60,720 bases of DNA, filler included, from Sphacelaria rigidula (GCA_964200075.2; 7 parts of 7 records of this genome joined end to end with filler, not necessarily neighbours in it), one strand, 5' to 3'; shown: positions 38,535 to 52,032, counted from the first letter of the whole stretch. The notes: a model not told the origin generated them from the sequence alone. A program made the numbers and translations.

Positions 38535-39834
38535 ATGCCACCCAGGAGCGACACGGCGATTGGGGCAAGGGATGAGGTGCAGCAGTCCCCGAGCTCTGTG
38601 TCTTTGAAGAAACAAGGTCTCACGGAGGGCAAGAAGCCCAACCTCAGCGAGATCCGCGCGCAGATCCCCAAAGAGTGAGTGTCAAGCGAGTGTTTTTCTA
38701 GCTAGGAAAACGTGCGTGTGCGTGACTATCTCATCCTTCATCAAAGGGAAAAATGAACGTACGGTGTCCTTTCATCTGTCTAGCAACGCGTAACCACGCA
38801 GCCAACAGGATTCATGAACTGCACGTGTCGCGCATACCAAGCTAAACTGCGGCAGCTTGAAGCAAACAAAAGCTTTTGCATGGAGCTAGAACGTCCAATT
38901 TTTTCGCTGCCCCTATTACCCGGACCATCGATGTGGTGGCGGTTGGCTTGTGTTTTCGCGTCTTCGTCTGGCCGAATGTGTTTCGTTTGCTTCAAAATAG
39001 TCGCGGGACACAATGGTGTCCCAAAAAGGTTGCCACGCGACAAGCAGTGCGGTGCAGTAGTCAGCATAGTAGGGTACATCACAGGGGTCAAGAGTGTAGT
39101 AGACGTTTAAACTATCGTCAGCTGTGCTAGTTATAGGCAGATGAATGGCCCAAGTTATGTTGCCGAGCCCTTCTTTTCTCTCACCCTCCGGTGATGCTGC
39201 CATGATTGATTGACCTGCTGACCGCATTTCTCCTTCCATCTCTTGAGAAATAAAAAATCTGTACAATCTGTACAGTTTGTACAGTCTGTACTGTTACTGT
39301 ATACAATCTGTACTCTTATGTACAGTCAAGACGGTTTTTGTTGTGCCGACAGCGGCGTATCAACAGAATCTTTTTCATCAAACAACTGAAGAAGAGAGAA
39401 GGCGTTTTTCTCGGTCTCCTGAATCGTGAGAGGACGCGCTCACCGAAATGTGATGCCAGACACCCACTTCCACCCCGTATGCAATACTCGTAGCACTTTA
39501 TTGCCACTTCGTTGTTGGGATGGCAGGGATAGGTACGAGATTGGTGAATCCAACCACGCTCCCTAGCTGATACTCTGTTGTCCGTTCCTACTGATACTCT
39601 GTTGCTCGTTTCTACGCTGAACACGACACTGACGTCTGCCTTCACGACGTACTCGTTCTGAACGCAGATGCTTCCGAAAGAGCCTTACCCGCTCTGTGTT
39701 CTACATGCTGCGCGACATGGGCTGCGTGCTAGCGCTCCAGTACGTGTATCCTCAGTACGTGGCCGGAAATTGGCCCCTGACCGTCGCATGGTGGAATGCG
39801 AATGGGTTCATGCTCTGGTGCCTTTTCGTCGTCG
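38535..39834 (+). CDS. Membrane fatty acid desaturase, omega-3 (FAD3/DesB-like) type, first two exons
   Basis: Exons 38535-38674 and 39668-39834 join in phase 2: MPPRSD...KPNLSEIRAQIPKECFRKSLTRSVFYMLRD...NGFMLWCLFVVG. The sequence stops just before the expected first His box (HDCGH). WxLFVVG is the omega-3 rather than the delta-12 (GxWVxAHE) pattern. Confidence 0.88.
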
Positions 39835-42699
39835 GTGAGACACGTCGTTTTTTGCTTGTGAGGGCTAATTTTGTGTATCGTATCCATTTACAGCCGGGAG
39901 CTTAGGTTCGTCCGATATTCCGCCCCCTATCGAGAGGAGAGCAAAGGCAGATGGGTAGAGTCGGTTGCGCTGTTCGGACGGCTGGATCATCAAACATTGT
40001 GCAGTACCCGGCAAGCCTCTCCATTTTCTTGGGCTATACATGTGTGTGTCAGCATCCGTCACTCGTCAGCTCAGCTGTGTCCATCTCCCTTACGTTTTCG
40101 ACTTCTTGTCCGTACGAGTACATGCCTCAAACGTTGTCACATGTCGTTGACGGCAAATACTTTTTTTCATGGATTCCCAACTCGGACCTAAAACCAGAAT
40201 CGAGGCATGATGGCCAAGTCTCGAATAAAGGGGTGTCAAAGGGCCGAGAATGGTGTCGGCAAAGTCTGTGCATGTATTCAAATCGGCGCCTATGGCGTCG
40301 AGTCTTGGCAGAAACGCGTGTGCTATGTATATACCATGGCGGACACCCGGGACTGTCAACCCCGAAAAGATCCGAGTATACTGTAACCGCCATTTCTGAA
40401 ATCAAGTAGTTTTCAATCATGCAACGAGACGGAACAAACTCCGGACGACACTGGGGTCGCACAGTATACCCGGCGAGCCAGGTTTGCGAAGCCAACGATG
40501 CACCAAGCATAGCCGTTCTCTTTATCCAGTGTCCCCGTAGCGGTCTACTCAATTCGTGCGGCCTAGAGAGGGTAGTACCATGTACACACAATCGATCTTG
40601 GAATTTTTTATGCCAATCCACTCCTATCATCAAAACTACGACAGTGCGTCGTCGCTTGCTTGGTCCGTACGCGTGTACAAATGAGTACTAATATGCAAGT
40701 ACTACACCCTACACTCCCGTAAACAAAATTGTCTGCGTTGAATTGATGCTACAGTCGGTCGACATACCGACCAAGCAACGCTTGCTCTGACAACAGAGTT
40801 TACCAATTCGTCGGGCACAATGGTTGTCACTTGGTTTCAGGATGAACACCAACATTTGCATCATTGGGAGGGCCTTTGACAGTTTCAAGTGCTCCTATTA
40901 TTACTTGCCCTCAACCTGTTTTTGTACAAATCGGCGCCGCAGTACGGCGCTGATTTGACGTCTGCCAACGCATAATTTGCCGACGTCACCCTCTGCACCC
41001 CCCCTTTGCCCGAGAGTTCTCTCACGTATGCCTTGGTCGGGGTGAGGATTAGGGTTGGCGCCACCTCCTTTATGATACCAACCATAGTTTCCGACCGTTT
41101 GGCAAACAGCCCTCTGCTGTGACGTGACATGAGCTCATACTTCGGCCTCCCAGTGTAGTAATTTGCCCAGAATACACGGAGAAAGTTGAGTTAATTTTCC
41201 CAACACTTTTTCCAAGGATACCAAGTCTCGGTAACGGTCCACCTGTAACGGGTTGACCCTCAGGGTGGTTCACCCGTTGAACCGGCACAGTATTCACATT
41301 AAAAGTGACAGTAAAATCTAGATGACAGACGCGGGCGGTTGAACGGATAGCTACGTAGCACTACGAAGCGCTTTGATTTTTTTCCTCAAAAACATTCGTT
41401 CATGAGACTCGATACATTACACGAAGTGATGCCTTGGTGTAGGTGAAGTCGAACGAGTGGATTGCTTCATGGTCGGAATGTAGAGCCTTCGACTGCCATG
41501 CTGGGTCACATCTGCGTCTTGGTAATTGTTTTTGAAGTGAAGATGATGAGACTAAACGGAACACAGACTACCCACCCTGGCGGTCAGAGCGGGGGGGAGA
41601 GGGGGGGGGGTGAGGATACGTGTGCCAACAAACTCGTGCCGAAGGTACTGCAGTCTGAAGGATCAAACCGTTGATGACACCTACCCGGAACGCTTGTTGC
41701 CGATTTGACGTGGTATCTTTTGTTCTCCAACCGATACAACGTAATTATCAACAACACGAACATGAACATGTGCATGTTGCACATGTCGGACAAGTCATCG
41801 CTCGTCGACACGAGTGCACTCGAGGATGTTTTTTAAAAAGCAATGACGTAAAAAAGGGATACCTTCCCGGTTTTTTTTGTCTAAGAAAGGTACGAAAATG
41901 ACCAGACATGCGAATACAGCAAAACACGCCACCAAAAGCGTTTTCGCTCCGAATTTTTCACACACATCCCTCGGGGGCGGCTCTTGGCACCTGGGCCTCG
42001 AAAAAAACGAAAAAAAACATAATACTCGCGAAATGTGGCCACACGCGAGAACGGACGTCTCGCCTCCAGAAATCACTCTCGCTTTCAATGCGAAAACTTC
42101 ACCAGGCATACCTGATTCAGGATTTTTTTCAATCGTACCTTATTTGGGCCCATCGATCGGCCGATAACGTACCTGTGCTAAGCCATCCCTTTCTACACTT
42201 CAGTACCTGATGCGGCACATCGCGCGCAAGGTAGTCTAGACGCCAACACCAACCAGGGTACCCACACATTCGGCTCTTTTCCAGGTCACTTACCGTTCAC
42301 GGATATCACAACGACCACGCCCCTTCCTCCCCCGAAATGGTTCCTTGCTCCATGCGCATCGACACAATAACTGAACTCACAACTCACAACGCATCGATCT
42401 TTTGAGATGCGGGGGGTTGTGGAACACCGTACTGTTGCGATCTCGGGGATGGTGTCAGGGTCAAGCGAAGCTCTTCCGTCACCAACGTGCGGTTGTCGCA
42501 TCACACGTCGATGGTTGGTCTAAGCAACGGATACAGTACTGGCCGTCGCGCATATTAAAATAGGGACTGGACGGTGACAGCGTTCAGCACTACCACGTAC
42601 AGTATAGAGTAACATGTGCCATTTGCCCAACAAAAACATTCGCGGAACACACCCATCAGGTCTACCGGAGTAATCACTAACGGCCAGCGAGAAGCTTTT

Positions 42700-42960
42700 T
42701 CACAACGAACAGCGACTCGTGTGCTCAAGTCATTATTTTTTTTCACAACGAGCAATGACTCGTGCGCTCAGGTCACTATTTTTTTTTCACAACGGTCAAT
42801 GACTCTTTCTCTTACAACGAGCAATGACTCGTGTGCTCGAGTCATTTGCTTCTCCACCACGAGCAATGACTCGAGTACTCGCCCTGTGAATTTTTACGGC
42901 CAACGAGCAGCCCAACGAGTGCGAGTGCCACGAGTCATACTCGTGCTCGTCCGACGTGTG
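42700..42960. repeat. Tandem ~43-bp units with internal palindrome
   Basis: acaacgagcaatgactcgtg(t/c)gctc(g)agtcatt is repeated about 5 times with decay. Confidence 0.8.
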
Positions 42961-43344
42961 GAATGTTGAGTATATCTGTATGGGGATCGGTCCAAGAGAA
43001 CCCCCGATTCCTTCGAGTCAAGTGAAATAATAATACGCACATCTTTCCTGAACTGTCTTGATGAAGTACTGAATATGCTTTCAGGTTTTCTTGGTACTGC
43101 AGGTGGTGCAGTCTGGCTGCCACCGCATGTGACCTGTGCGCAAATAACATACTCTTGTGCCCATGCTCGCACAGTTTTGGTACTTGGTACTTTATGAGGG
43201 AAATGCTGACCCACCTCGAGCATGACTCAATGCTGCACTGCATGTCACATTGTCTCAACTTTGCGTGCTGTCGGCCAAATACAAGATTACAGTGCAGTGC
43301 GCTGCCGCTATTACATCTTGACAGCGCAGTGGAGGCAGCGAGAT

Positions 43345-43444
43345 NNNNNNNNNNNNNNNNNNNNNNNNNNNNNNNNNNNNNNNNNNNNTTAATTAATTAA
43401 NNNNNNNNNNNNNNNNNNNNNNNNNNNNNNNNNNNNNNNNNNNN
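43345..43444. other. Artificial contig-joining linker
   Basis: N44-TTAATTAATTAA-N44. Confidence 0.98.
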
Positions 43445-43936
43445 GTTTTCTAGTGGCGGTCCCCGGTATATGTACAGTGGCAGTCTGTACATTTGTCTAG
43501 GTTTTGGGGCGCGGGGGGGGGGGAGAGGGATGCGTACAATATCTTGGATATCAATCCCAGCGGGAAAATAGCACCTACTCGTTACAATTACAATGCAGAG
43601 ACAGGCGACGACCATCAAATGACACGACAAGAATCGATACTTACAAACGTCTACATCAAGTGGTTTCAAGCGCCACAGCACCACAGCGCAACACATTTCA
43701 TACTAAGACCTGGGCACTTGTGAACCACCCTGGAAGTCCCATTCATATCCGTGGCAGTCCGTTCCCCTTACCCTTTAGTTCAGTACAAGGAAAGCGAGCG
43801 CACGGCCACTCAGAGTCCTACTTCTGCAAACACAGCCCTACTGCTGCAAACAGCACGCGTCCGCAACTAGATCTGCTGAGCACAATCTCGTTCGACATAA
43901 CGAAAATATAATTTGAAACGTCAATTGAGCCCTCAC

Positions 43937-46900
43937 CATGCCGTTGTAGCCTCGCGTGGTCGTCTCTCCCCAAAAGTTGTTCATAGTCACCACACCGAAC
44001 TCCAGGTCTCCGCTAAGCACGCCAGTTTCCGTGTCCAACTCCCACACGAACTCCGGAAGCGATGCCACAGTCTCGCCGACGGGAGCTGCCACTGGCGCCA
44101 TGGTGGGTTCGGGGGCAGCGGTAGGAGCCGCAGTTCCCGCGAAGACCTCTCCCGCGACGATGGTGACTGAGTCAATCGAGGACGAGTTCTGGGAAAGGGG
44201 AGAACATGCAACATGAAATGGGGGTTGATGGAGCATCTTGCGTAAAGTGCGGAAGTTCGCTGAAATGATGCATTTTACCAAGGACGTGCTCGCGTAGGAC
44301 CCAAGACAAACGACCTAGAGAGCAGAACGGAGCACAGCAGTACCTTGCAAAAGACCGAATGAAACAAAGCCCGATCTTGTATCGTATCAACCCACCCCAC
44401 CTCAAAAGTCGACTTTTGTAGGTCACACGAAATTCGGCCGAGCGAACAGCACAGCTCTAAATCATCCTATACTCTCTGCCTTTCATATCTCTAACTCCTC
44501 GCTGTATGCCAACTTCAATATATCTAATGCACCGCACATTTATTCAGTCCGTAGGCAACGGCATTACAGCGATTGATTGGACCTGGGTAACGAATACAAT
44601 CACAGAATTGGGAGCACAGCCTGTCACTAGGGATATGTGGACTCACAGTAGGACGGTTTACGTTTCGGTCGGTAGTTTGACACCCTCACCTCAGAGTTGG
44701 TGACCTGCACTGTGGCTTCGTACAAGCCGGCCTCGGTGTAGGTACAGGCGTGCTCTCTCGCCGTAGCAACCGACCAGTCACCAGAAGCTTCGAACACCCC
44801 ATCGCCCTCGCAGTCCCAGTGGAGCTCCACGATGCCGGAAGAGTCCGAGGAGCCAGACGCGTCGAGCGTTACCTCGAGTGGTAACTGTTACAACACCACG
44901 AAAGAGCGACAAACAAGCACGAAGACACGAGCAAAACATGTCAACAAGTTTGCTCTCGCACTGCGTGTACCGCACACGGCTGAGAAGATCCATGATCCAA
45001 AGCAGGTACTGTACGTCAGACTAACAACTCTTTTCAATAGTGTCGCTGTCACTTGTCGCCCACCTCTCCCTCGACGACGTCAGCCTCGAGTACGACGTAC
45101 GGACCCGGGGACGATCCATTGACAGAGATCCTCATCAAGATGCTGAACTTGGCATCGATCGCGTAAAGGATACCTGTTTGATGAAACCGTTTCGTGCATC
45201 ACAAGGGCAGACAAAACACAATGAAACATCACAAAATATTGAACTACAGCACGGAAAACTGCTATATCGATCCCGGGCAAGTCGATCTTTACAAAGACTT
45301 TGTCAAGACAGGATATGGTGACATCACGCAAACCTGATATATTCATGAGTACACCCCCCGTCACTCTACGTGGGATCAGCGTTAAGCCTCGAGGAATGAA
45401 CCCATCTCTCCCGTGGTACCCGCCGCGCAGATTATTGTGCAACACTCCATGATGACCACTCGTGCACCCCATCGACTTTTCATCCAAGTTTTTTTCGTCA
45501 AGTCACCTTCTCGCGCCTGTCACATCGCACACCAGTTGAACCCATCATTGCCCTCGTGATTTGAACCCCAATACTTGTACTCCGCCCAAAGTAGCTCATT
45601 CCGTCCTGTTTTGTGCGAGAGTCCGTGTCACCGGCTAGGCGCGGCGGCCCACGTGAAGTACACGATTGTACACATACTGCTCGCCGTACGGTGAACTACC
45701 TCACTCACCAGTTTTGGGATCGGTGTTGAAATCCACAATCGCTCGCCCCTCGAACAAGACGTGAGGAGTTGTCCAATCCACATCCCCTGTTACTTCGTTT
45801 GTGTCGAAGTAGAACACGCAGTCCTGTGCGGCGCAATGTCGTCGCAATGTCGAGGCAAACGAAAAAACGGACAATACGGCGGGTTCCGCTTCACCTCAAT
45901 TTCAGAAGCAAGCCGCTCGATCCGGGCACGAGTGCAACATCACGTTACAGCAAGCACTCCACAGGTACTGAAAAACGACGATGGGATAACATTCGTATTT
46001 CCAACGTCGAAGTTCGACTACTGTACGTACATGTCAGTGCTCACCTTGGAATAGTCTCCCACGAAGAGTGCGTCCTCGTACCGGTCCGGGAGATAGTTGG
46101 CCTCGTAGAAGTGCACCGCGGACACGGAAGCCATAGTGTTGGTGCACATCCGTGGGTATTCCTCGTCCACCGTTTCTGCAAAAACAGAACATGAACAAGA
46201 GCACGACGCCCCCGACAGTACACATAAAACGTAAGTCAGGGTACACATGGACAGCAGGCCATGGAGAAAACATGTTTCGAATTATTACCGCAGAGAGACG
46301 TCCACCAGTGAGGTTGGTGTTTGATCGTTTTTGTCCCAAGCAGGAGAGACACAGTTGTAGCGGCCATATGCTAGCTTGATTTTTTGACACCACACATACA
46401 ACAGGCCGCCCTTCGTCACGGTACACCAAACTAACACAATGATTCGAGCTTTGTGTGTCATGACCACAGGCCGCACTCATGGCATAATCAGCTAGGATAT
46501 ATGTACGCTGCATCAAGCACCTACGGCAACGCTGCGACTAGCTTGCTGCCCTCATCTTACCGTCGCGGTAGCTGAACGCCGGGGGAACCCACTCCACGGT
46601 TCCGGCCTCGGCCTGTGTCTTGAGTTCGTCGTAGTCCACGTCGAGGGGAAGACCTAGCGTTGTCCCTCGTACACTGTCGCAAATATCGTTTTCGTTTTCC
46701 ACCAGCCATCTAGAAGACATTGAGGCAGATGGTGATACGGTGTTACGGTGATGACGTCGGGAAGGGGGACTCATGTTTCAGTAACACCGCGTAGAATCGC
46801 ATGCGCAGAGAGACCGACCTGGTACTTACTCTGTGCAATTCGTCTTCCGCCGAGACTCCCAACTTGATATTTGCAGATTTGTCTGGGATATGAAGAAGAG

Positions 46901-48933
46901 GCGCCTTACATTCGTTGGGGACGTTCTCCTCAACCTCGAGTGCGAACAGGCTTGGTGTGGCCAATGGACGACCAGGTGGAACACCAAAAACCATGATATG
47001 GCCCCAACTGATCTCCTATACACTCAACAGAACCGACCGAGCCAAGCCGGACTACACCGTCTTTGGTCCCATGCCAACCTCAAAAACCCAACAAGAATTC
47101 AACTCTCGCGTTTGTGACTTGACGCATCAACGCGCACATGGTACAGAACATGGATGAGTGAAACGGTCACAGCCGTAACTCACTCATTAGTGAAGGGGGG
47201 TATCCACGCGTCACCCTCCATGCAAGGCCAGCCATGGTTTGGAATGTTGGTGGGGGTGCCGTTGGAAGAGACGAAGTCGGGCACGACCTTGAGACTCTCC
47301 GCGGTGTCCAGTCCTACGTCGGCGATGACAATGTCACCAGTGCGAGGCGTGACCGTTAATCGGAAGGGATTCCGGAAGCCCTTGGCTTGGATCTGCGTGA
47401 ACGACGAGGAATGAACGTGTGTTGCTCCTGTCATACAACTATTGGCACACGAGCGGCCGCTTTGAACAAACGCAACTCACACATGCAGTTTCAAGTTTTA
47501 ACTCCATCTACAACGTGTGACAGATTTTGATGATAGGACATGACAAAACAAAATACACCGGCACCGCACATCCAAAGGGATATAAGTTTCACGAGACCAC
47601 ATCTGAAGACTCACGAAGAAGTCTTCGTCCCGCACGAGGAAGCCATAGTCTACGTCCTGTCCAGTTGGCATCGACTTCACCAAAGCGGCGGCCGTTACTT
47701 GGAGCAACTTTCCCTCGTTGAAGTCATCCCGTTGAGCGCGGAAATTTCCCTGAGGCAGATCGATGGTGGGCACCAAACAGGAATTTTCTTCCTCGTCTCC
47801 CGGATCTCGCTGGTCTGCCTGTGGTGCCCCGCCGAGCAGCCACAAAACGGCGGTTGGAGTACAAAAGACGGGTATCGTATCGACTGGTCGCGCTTCGTGT
47901 CACAATGAGGGATCTGATCATTTGGGGCTTCAGCAGCAACAGCAAAGACACTTGGCCGTCGATCGGTGGACGTCCGAAATCGGTGCAACATGCTCCCCGA
48001 GAGACGTCACGATGCGTCAGGGCCGTGCAGCGGTCACGAGTTTACAGGTTCCGAATTTCGATTCCATCCAAGGTTCACTCGCTGACGCACTCGGAACGAG
48101 GGCAAATGACCCACGAGTACTGTTCTTCGCGTATGTAGTACATGCGACACCACCATCCGAACTGGCTATAACCCACTAGTCTTCCTACTCCAAAGCACCG
48201 CAGGTACTTGCTTCGGCAAACATCGCATTGCGCGCGCTCTTCTCGCACGATTGTATACCCCCTAGTGTTGTTGGTGCGCGGCATCCCGAAAATACGTTTG
48301 ACTGGTTAATCGCTTCCAATAACTTCAACAAAAGGTTACTCCTCTTTGCGTGATATTTCCCACATATTCGTACTACGCACAAAACGCTGCATGTCATTGA
48401 TTGATTGAGTGATGCCTCACCCTCACCCGGTACGAACGGAGCCGTGGTGTCTGGATGATTGGCGTATCCAGGGTAGACAAACAGAAATACTCTTTGAACG
48501 AAACTCGACAGGAATATGGAAGAAAAAAGGCGAGCAGAAACACAGTATACAGTATACCGTGCAGTAGGCTGCTGCACACAGGGGGGAAAGGAGAAGAAAA
48601 AAGAGGAAACCAAAGATGATGGGAAGGAAAAGAAAGGGGAGAACAGTAGACAAGAAAAAGAACAAAAAAGAGGTGACCATGGCATGCGACGAGTGTTTGA
48701 CAGGTTTACACACCTTCGACATATCGCCCACGGCGAGCGCCATGTCTCCATTGGATAAAAACGCCATTCCCCCGCCCCCGTGGTGGTTGGATCCCGTGCA
48801 CCAATCGCTTATCAGGATCTCCTGTGCCCCGCACGTCACCGTCTCGGAGGCCTCGTCGTACTCAACCTCCACACGCACGAAACGGTGATCTTTTTCACAC
48901 CAATTCGGAGCGACCAAGCAGTCATCGTTATAC
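43937..48933 (-). CDS. Multidomain protein: glucose/sorbosone (PQQ-type) dehydrogenase beta-propeller + PKD domain + Pro/Ala linker + probable multicopper oxidase N-terminus; partial at both ends
   Basis: Eight phase-consistent GT-AG exons: 48933-48714, 47818-47615, 47392-47184, 46709-46561, 46175-46045, 45823-45709, 45173-45064, 44884-44690, plus a ninth at 44188-43937. GSDH motifs: ILISDWCTGSNHHGGGGMAF, AKGFRNPFR, IADVG, NHGWPCMEG, FYEANYLPDRYEDALFVGDYSKDCVF. PKD: LPLEVTLDASGSSD..LHWDCEGDG...CTYTEAGLYEATVQVT. Last exon ends GVLSGDLEFGVVTMNNFWGETTTRGYNGM. Confidence 0.88.
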
Positions 48934-51900
48934 CTGCGGCGACAGCGGACGGCATCACAATGACACGAAACGGCAAAGAGTGTGATCCGTGGTCATCTCG
49001 TTTCGTCGAGGTTAATACACCCTGCAGAAGAAGGCGGGAGGAAGAGGGGCTCCAGATTGAGAACTACTCCCAGCAGCCCGATCTGAACGTACGAACCGGG
49101 GGGTGCTTCAAGCACTCTGCTTCAAGCACTCTCGGATATGGAATCGGGGATTTATGTTCTACCCATCATAATTCCACTGAAAATCTTCCTCAGTTGATCG
49201 AGAGCAACCAAAACTTCGGGTTTATTTTTTGCTCTCGAGTATCTCGACCCCAGAATTTCATGTCGCGATTCCTCCGTTCCTAGCATGAAAACAGGCATCA
49301 GACAGCGACCACGGAAAAGATACGCGCAAAAACAAATGTTGCGATATGCACACCGTGCATGATACATGACCTTACATCGAACCACAAGAACCAGGCTAAC
49401 CCGAACTTCGACAGTCACCATAGTAGACTTTTGCTCCCATCTCCCCTGCGGGGTCATCCAACCTTACTCCTTGCAAAAATACTCGTCAACTCTTGGCATG
49501 CTGGTTCCCCTCTTCCTTGAGCGACACTGGGGAGAAGCAGCGTCGATCAATCCGACGCTTACACACTGATACTACATGCACATGTTGGTCACCGAAACCT
49601 CTCGCTAAAGTCGCTCGTTGCCGGCAACACAGAGCGTGTCGTTCTTCTCCACGGGACGCTACCCACTGTACACTCCTTCGTGAAAACTATTGTATCAAAC
49701 TGTAGTGTGGTGACGATTCCTCTGTCGGGCACGCTAACGCTATGCTCCACACTGCTTCGTGCGTCCTCCATTGTCCGAATTCATGGCCTTCACAAATAAC
49801 GCTATCAACACCTGAGGCCATTATACACTATTTCCGAACGCCCTACTCTGACACAGGCCCCAGCCTCCCATTTAGTGTCAAGCGCACCAAGCGCTCGTTT
49901 TTACACGAAATTATTCATGGAAAACAATTGAAATTGTTGAAAAAAATCACGAAATGGAGAGGTGTAGAAACGTGCGATTACGCTGGGCTTTTCTCAGCAA
50001 ACCCACAATTTTTTGTGGGAGTGTGGTACTGCAAATCCGATCGGCGTATCAGAGGATCGACTCGAAACTCTCCAAGACGCAATTCAATATTCATTGATTC
50101 CGAGCAGCATGACTCCAGGCCTTACCCGAGGTCGTGTGCGTACAGCATGTAGCCATAGGGAATCTCTGGCCAGTCGGGATGCAATCGAAAGTTAAGCAGC
50201 CCAAGATCGTTGTTTGCGTAAACCTTTGAGGGGACACGAAGGGACAATAGCACAAGAGGCATTTGCAATCAGGGAACGAGGGAATAGCGACGGTTAATCA
50301 ACACACAGCAGATACAGGATGAAGCCGGTAGTCTTTCTTACGGTCCTTGTTCCCATATTCTGTCCGCTCACAGCTCCGCGGGATCTTGGAGCACTACTTT
50401 CGTGGGCGTAATGGACGCTGGATGGACATTGGTGGTGTGGGAGCATGTCTTAACGAGGCCCGAATCAAAACCTGCAAAAATCGTTTGGCGATTCATGCCC
50501 CGTGACTTTATGCTGCGATATCACCGCCTCCAAAAACGTCATTCGCGAAGATGATTTTTGACAAGTCTTTTCAAACTTCCTCACAATTGTTTGGGCTACA
50601 GGCTGGGCCGCCAAAGAAACGGACTGTCATTCAGCCTGTTCCAACTGACCATATATCGCAAAGTATGCCGACTTTGACACATCGTGGTGATCTGCAAATT
50701 AGGGCACGTCTTTCAATCCACGTAGCACGGCGATCCGACAAGTTTCCATCAAACGAAATATCAAACCGTAGTCAGCTGCAAAGCATGATAAGTTGAGGGT
50801 AACATGTGCGGCGGAATTAGGGGGGGAAAGCGGCTGAAGTCGTATTTTCGGTTACAGTCGGTTGTGCCGCGGCCGCAAAGTGGTGGTGTTTGCTACACAA
50901 GTTGTGCTTGTACAACAATGCATGTCGTATTGCAGGCACGCAGTGTCTAACCAGTGAGCAGTGGGTGAAAAAAGCTTGAAGAGAACACCAAAGTTCCTGC
51001 TGAGGTTGTTGTAGTCTAAAAGCAAGTCGATCGGTTCTCAACAGAAAAAACGCGATGTCAGTGCTCGATTTCAAGTCGCTTTCCATGAATTTTGACACGA
51101 TGCACATGAGGTGTGTGCGAAGTCCCCATCGGTGCCCCCTTATACTTTATTTCTTTCCCTCGTGAGTTATTGGTGATTGAAATTTTGGAACGATTGTTCC
51201 CGGTACAGAAGCGTCGCCAACTCGTTGAAATATATAAATAAAGTCAAGGCGGGATAATATGGAGCGGTGGATTCGTAAGTACGGGTTTATTCTCATAGTA
51301 CACTAATTTCAAGTCATTTAATTTAAATTATTTCCAGTCCCTTTTCGTTTCAAAGTAAAAACTTGATTCTAGTGTAGGTTCCGTCATACGTGGTTTTGCC
51401 GATCTTCTGGTGCCCGCAGCGGCAGTGCAGCACCGCGTGGAGGCAGAGTGATACCCCACGCGACGGCAGTCTCACACGCGGTGCTCTGTCTATTGGTATA
51501 CTGGGTAGTGTACCCAACGTTCGCTATGAGTGTCGCCGTGCCCGTGGTATGGTTGTGGTGGCTGGGGTTGGTGTTGCAGTCGCCATTTGTGCTTGGGTTG
51601 CTGCTGCATCTGCACGGCCTTGGATACGGGGCACGATTCAAGATGGCCCCATCGTGGTCGTTGTGTGGTGTTTGATGTTGCTTGGACGGGACATGAACCG
51701 AGAACAAGACTCCACACGCCTCAATGCATCAATGCTGCTGGCCCCCTTTTGTAGGCTGTCGTGCTGTTGTTCTGGATGACTCGCGTTGATCGATGCCGTA
51801 TAGACATGTGTGACAATTAAGCACGGTACCGACTGGTTGGCCTGCGCTGGCGGATCTTTTTGCGATACAGATACAGTCGGTATCGCGACAGAAAGTTGTT

Positions 51901-52032
51901 GCGGTACAAGGCTGGAGACAAGCAAGCACTCTACACACGGGACATCAGACAGCCAACGCAATAATGTACTTCCTCTGGGGCGAAATATAAGCTCGTTTGG
52001 AAAAGCGCAAAATATAAGCTCGATTTACTAAC

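Noticed and set aside
42700-42960. CRISPR-like array
   Set aside because: There are no unique spacers of constant length, the units are degenerate, no cas genes are present and the context is eukaryotic.
43445-43480. Possible IPGPT continuation of the multicopper oxidase at the contig edge
   Set aside because: It reads IPGTATR and has no AG acceptor immediately upstream.
48427-48450. 24-nt candidate microexon (cag|ACACC...CCGG|gtgagg) in the GSDH gene
   Set aside because: It preserves frame but is not needed; the flanking exons join cleanly and there is no independent support.
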